A stretch of DNA of 64,000 nucleotides from Alphaproteobacteria bacterium (GTDB lineage: Bacteria; Pseudomonadota; Alphaproteobacteria; SP197). Shown here piece by piece: positions 61,230 through 64,000 of this stretch. The stretch lies in assembly GCA_965116515.1 (NCBI GenBank), contig OZ220705.1, positions 1,697,329-1,761,328 on the forward strand, in the 5' to 3' direction. A model generated the notes under the pieces. It made no database searches. It was not told the DNA's origin and saw only the letters and a list, made by a program, of their open reading frames with translations. The first letter of the stretch is position 1. Each line of letters opens with the position of its first letter. Both the position numbers and the translations under genes were made by a program.

Positions 61230-62378
61230 ATGCAGGTTCTTGCCGACACGGAAAGTATCGCCGGATTCTGTCGCCGCCTGCGGGACGACACCTGGATCAC
61301 CGTCGATACGGAGTTCATTCCGGAGCGTACGTTCTGGCCGCAGTTGTGCCTTGTCCAGATCGCCGGCGCCGGTGATGCGGCGGTCATCGATGCCCTGGCG
61401 GACGGTGTCGATCTCGGTCCTGTATTCGATCTCATGACCGACAGGAACATTCTCAAGGTGTTCCATTCGGGTCGCCAGGACCTGGAGATCTTTCTCCATC
61501 TTTCAGGCTCCCTGCCGCATCCGGTCTTCGATACCCAGATTGCGGCCATGGCCTGCGGTCATGGCGAACAGGTCAGCTACGCCCGGATCGTCGAGGCCGT
61601 CACCGGCAAGGCCATTGGCAAGGGGGCGCGGATCACGGACTGGTCGAAACGGCCGCTTTCCAGGAACCAGATCGCCTATGCCCTCGAGGATGTAACCCAT
61701 CTTCGCCGTGTCTACGAACATCTCTCCTCGATGTTGGCCAGCAAGGGGCGCGAGACGTGGGTCGGCGAGAGAATGGCATGGCTCAACGACCCGCAGACCT
61801 ACCGAAATGACGTTTCTCACGCCTGGACGCGAATCAGGAAGAAGCCCCGGCGGCCGCGCGACCTCGCGGTGTTGCGCGAGGTCGCGGCATGGCGGGAGCG
61901 GCAGGCGCAGGAAAGGAATCTTCCCCGTCGGCGCATCATCACCGATGACGCCCTTGTCGCCATCGCCACCTCCCGACCGCAGTCGCAGGAGGCGCTCCAG
62001 GGAGTCCGGCTGGTTCCGCGAGGCATGGCGGGAGGCTCCCGGGGACGCCAGATCGTCCAGGCGGTCAATCGTGCCATGGAGATCGGCACGGACGCCTTGC
62101 CACGGCCGGATGACAGCCAAGCGGCACGAGTGCCGCTGGCCCTTGCCGATCTCATCCGCACCCTGATCAACGCCCGTTGCGAGGAAATCGGCGTGGCCCA
62201 GGCGCTGATCGCCAGCTCAGACGAGATCCGCCGGTTTGCCGCCACGCCCCCGGGCGACAGCCCGCTGGCATGCGGATGGCGCTACGACCTGCTTGGACGG
62301 GACATCGAACGTCTGCGTGATGGAACGGTGGCGCTGTCTTTGGAGAAGGGAACGCTAAGACTGGTTCCTCTCCCGTAA
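61230..62378 (+). CDS. rnd: Ribonuclease D
   Basis: VDTEF, KVFHSGRQD, DTQIAA, DWSKRPL, YALEDV and HRDC region (AWRERQAQ). Divergent from aspS as usual. Confidence 0.93.
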   Translation: MQVLADTESIAGFCRRLRDDTWITVDTEFIPERTFWPQLCLVQIAGAGDAAVIDALADGVDLGPVFDLMTDRNILKVFHSGRQDLEIFLHLSGSLPHPVFDTQIAAMACGHGEQVSYARIVEAVTGKAIGKGARITDWSKRPLSRNQIAYALEDVTHLRRVYEHLSSMLASKGRETWVGERMAWLNDPQTYRNDVSHAWTRIRKKPRRPRDLAVLREVAAWRERQAQERNLPRRRIITDDALVAIATSRPQSQEALQGVRLVPRGMAGGSRGRQIVQAVNRAMEIGTDALPRPDDSQAARVPLALADLIRTLINARCEEIGVAQALIASSDEIRRFAATPPGDSPLACGWRYDLLGRDIERLRDGTVALSLEKGTLRLVPLP

Positions 62379-64000
62379 TCAGTTGTCTGCCGGATAGCCG
62401 ATTGTCGCCAGGGAGTCCCTGATCTCGTCAAGTGCGGCGGGGTCCTCGATGGTGGCCGGCATGGGCACGGCTTCACCGTCGGCGATCTGTCGCATGGAAC
62501 GGCGCAGGATCTTTCCCGAACGGGTCTTGGGAAGACGGGGAACGATCACTGCCTTGCGGAAGTTCGCCACTGCGCCGACATCGCTGCGCACCCGGCGCAC
62601 GGCATCGGCCACGATTTCGGCATGGGGGACGCTCGACGTCGCTTTCAGCACCAGAAGTCCTACCGGAACCTGACCGCGCAGTTCGTCGGCGACGCCGATC
62701 ACGGCGCATTCGGCGACGTCCGGCAACGTGGCCAGGACTTCTTCCATGGCGCCTGTCGACAGGCGGTGACCGGCGACGTTCATGACATCGTCGGTGCGGC
62801 CCATGATGTAGAGATAGCCGTCGCTGTCGTACATGCCGGCATCACCGGTCGAATAGTATCCTGGGTACTCCTCGAGATAGCTCGAGACGAAGCCATCGTC
62901 GTTGTTCCACAGGGTCGGCAGCGAGCTTGGCGGCAAAGGCATGCGCACGCAGACGGCGCCCGTGGTGCCGGACGGCAGGCGATGGCCGCGGGCATTGAGG
63001 ATGTCGATGGCGTATCCGGGTGTCGGCCGGCCCGGTGAGCCGTGCCGTACCGGGAGATCGTCGATACCACGGCAATAGGCAGCCATCGCCCAGCCCGTCT
63101 CAGTTTGCCACCAGTGGTCGACCACCGGCCGTGACAGTTTCTCCTCCGCCCATGCGATGGTGTCCGGATCGGCGCGTTCGCCCGCGAGGAAGAGGGTGCG
63201 GAACGCGGAAAGGTCCGCCGCCCGGAGGAAGTCGCCTTCCGGGTCGTCGCGGCGGATGGCGCGGATCGCGGTGGGAGCGGTGAACAGGGCCGCAACGTCA
63301 TTTCTTTCGATGACGCGCCAGAAGATCCCGGCGTCGGGTGTGCCGACCGGCTTGCCCTCGAAGAGAATGGTCGGATTCCCGTGGAGGAGCGGCGCATAGA
63401 CGATGTAGCTGTGACCGACGACCCAGCCGATATCGCTGGCTGCCCACCAGCATTCGCCGGGCGCCACGTCATAGATCGCCTGCATGGTCCACATGAGTGC
63501 CACCGCGTGCCCGCCGTTGTCTCGCACCACGCCCTTGGGCTTGCCGGTGGTCCCGGAGGTATAGAGGATGTAGAGCGGGTCGGTGGCGGCCACAGGAACC
63601 CAATCGACGGGTGTCGCCCGTGCCGCTTCCTCGTACCAGTCATGGTCGCGTCCTGTTTTCAGCCGGGCGGACTGCTGTTCCCGCGCCAGGACGATCATCG
63701 TCTCGGGCACGTGCGATGCGAGGGCGAAGGCCTCTTCGAGTATGGGGAGGTAGGGGATGATGCGGCCGGGTTCCACGCCGCAGGTCGCGGTGAGAATCAC
63801 TTTCGGCGTCGCGTCATCAAGGCGCTTGGCGACCTCCGCCGCGGCAAATCCGCCGAACACCACCGAGTGGACGGCACCGATCCTGGCACATGCCAGCATC
63901 GCGATGACGGCCTCGGGCACGGCAGGCATGTAGATCACCACACGGTCTCCCCGGGTGACCATGTGGTTGCTCAGGACACCTGCAAATGTCGCCACTTCGC
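62379..64000 (-). CDS. prpE: Propionyl-CoA synthetase (5' end outside window)
   Basis: YILYTSGTTGKPKG, WAASDIGWVVGHSY, DHWWQTETG, AGHRLSTG and PKTRSGKILR motifs. Confidence 0.88.
   Translation of the reverse strand, partial: EVATFAGVLSNHMVTRGDRVVIYMPAVPEAVIAMLACARIGAVHSVVFGGFAAAEVAKRLDDATPKVILTATCGVEPGRIIPYLPILEEAFALASHVPETMIVLAREQQSARLKTGRDHDWYEEAARATPVDWVPVAATDPLYILYTSGTTGKPKGVVRDNGGHAVALMWTMQAIYDVAPGECWWAASDIGWVVGHSYIVYAPLLHGNPTILFEGKPVGTPDAGIFWRVIERNDVAALFTAPTAIRAIRRDDPEGDFLRAADLSAFRTLFLAGERADPDTIAWAEEKLSRPVVDHWWQTETGWAMAAYCRGIDDLPVRHGSPGRPTPGYAIDILNARGHRLPSGTTGAVCVRMPLPPSSLPTLWNNDDGFVSSYLEEYPGYYSTGDAGMYDSDGYLYIMGRTDDVMNVAGHRLSTGAMEEVLATLPDVAECAVIGVADELRGQVPVGLLVLKATSSVPHAEIVADAVRRVRSDVGAVANFRKAVIVPRLPKTRSGKILRRSMRQIADGEAVPMPATIEDPAALDEIRDSLATIGYPADN

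Noticed and set aside
1-64000. CRISPR arrays, transposases, integrases, prophage or defence systems other than the TA pair
   Set aside because: No regularly spaced repeats or recognisable motifs for these were found by eye.

Overview
GC-rich alphaproteobacterial chromosome segment, judged from the murA-DUF2948-tRNA-Thr, nrdJ and aspS/rnd context. Left to right it holds: a truncated Bcr/CflA MFS exporter; a complete respiratory nitrate reductase operon (narK1-narK2-narGHJI-PPIase) with a divergent HTH-DUF427-degenerate Zn-ribbon gene; about 35 kb of accessory catabolic genes for small N-compounds around tRNA-Gly; housekeeping murA and tRNA-Thr; a divergent urease-like ureAB/ureC pair with no adjacent maturation genes; a class IV aminotransferase; nrdJ with NrdR boxes and a candidate MmgR/suhB-like sRNA; panC-panB; a tandem DUF427 gene; aspS; rnd; and a truncated prpE. 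The accessory block includes two Zn-ADHs, two PhyH dioxygenases, a DoeA-like M24 hydrolase, an acyl-CoA dehydrogenase and CoA-transferase, a Phd-VapC TA pair, TPMT, Dpp- and LIV-type ABC systems, a dimethylformamidase large-subunit homologue, GMC oxidoreductase, M20 amidohydrolase and choline kinase. Best novelty candidates: (1) the urease homologue, which keeps its metal ligands but has a remodelled substrate pocket and flap; (2) the DMFase-like cluster with no small subunit; (3) the three-domain HTH-DUF427 protein facing the nar operon. All family assignments come from motif recognition by eye, with no database searches.
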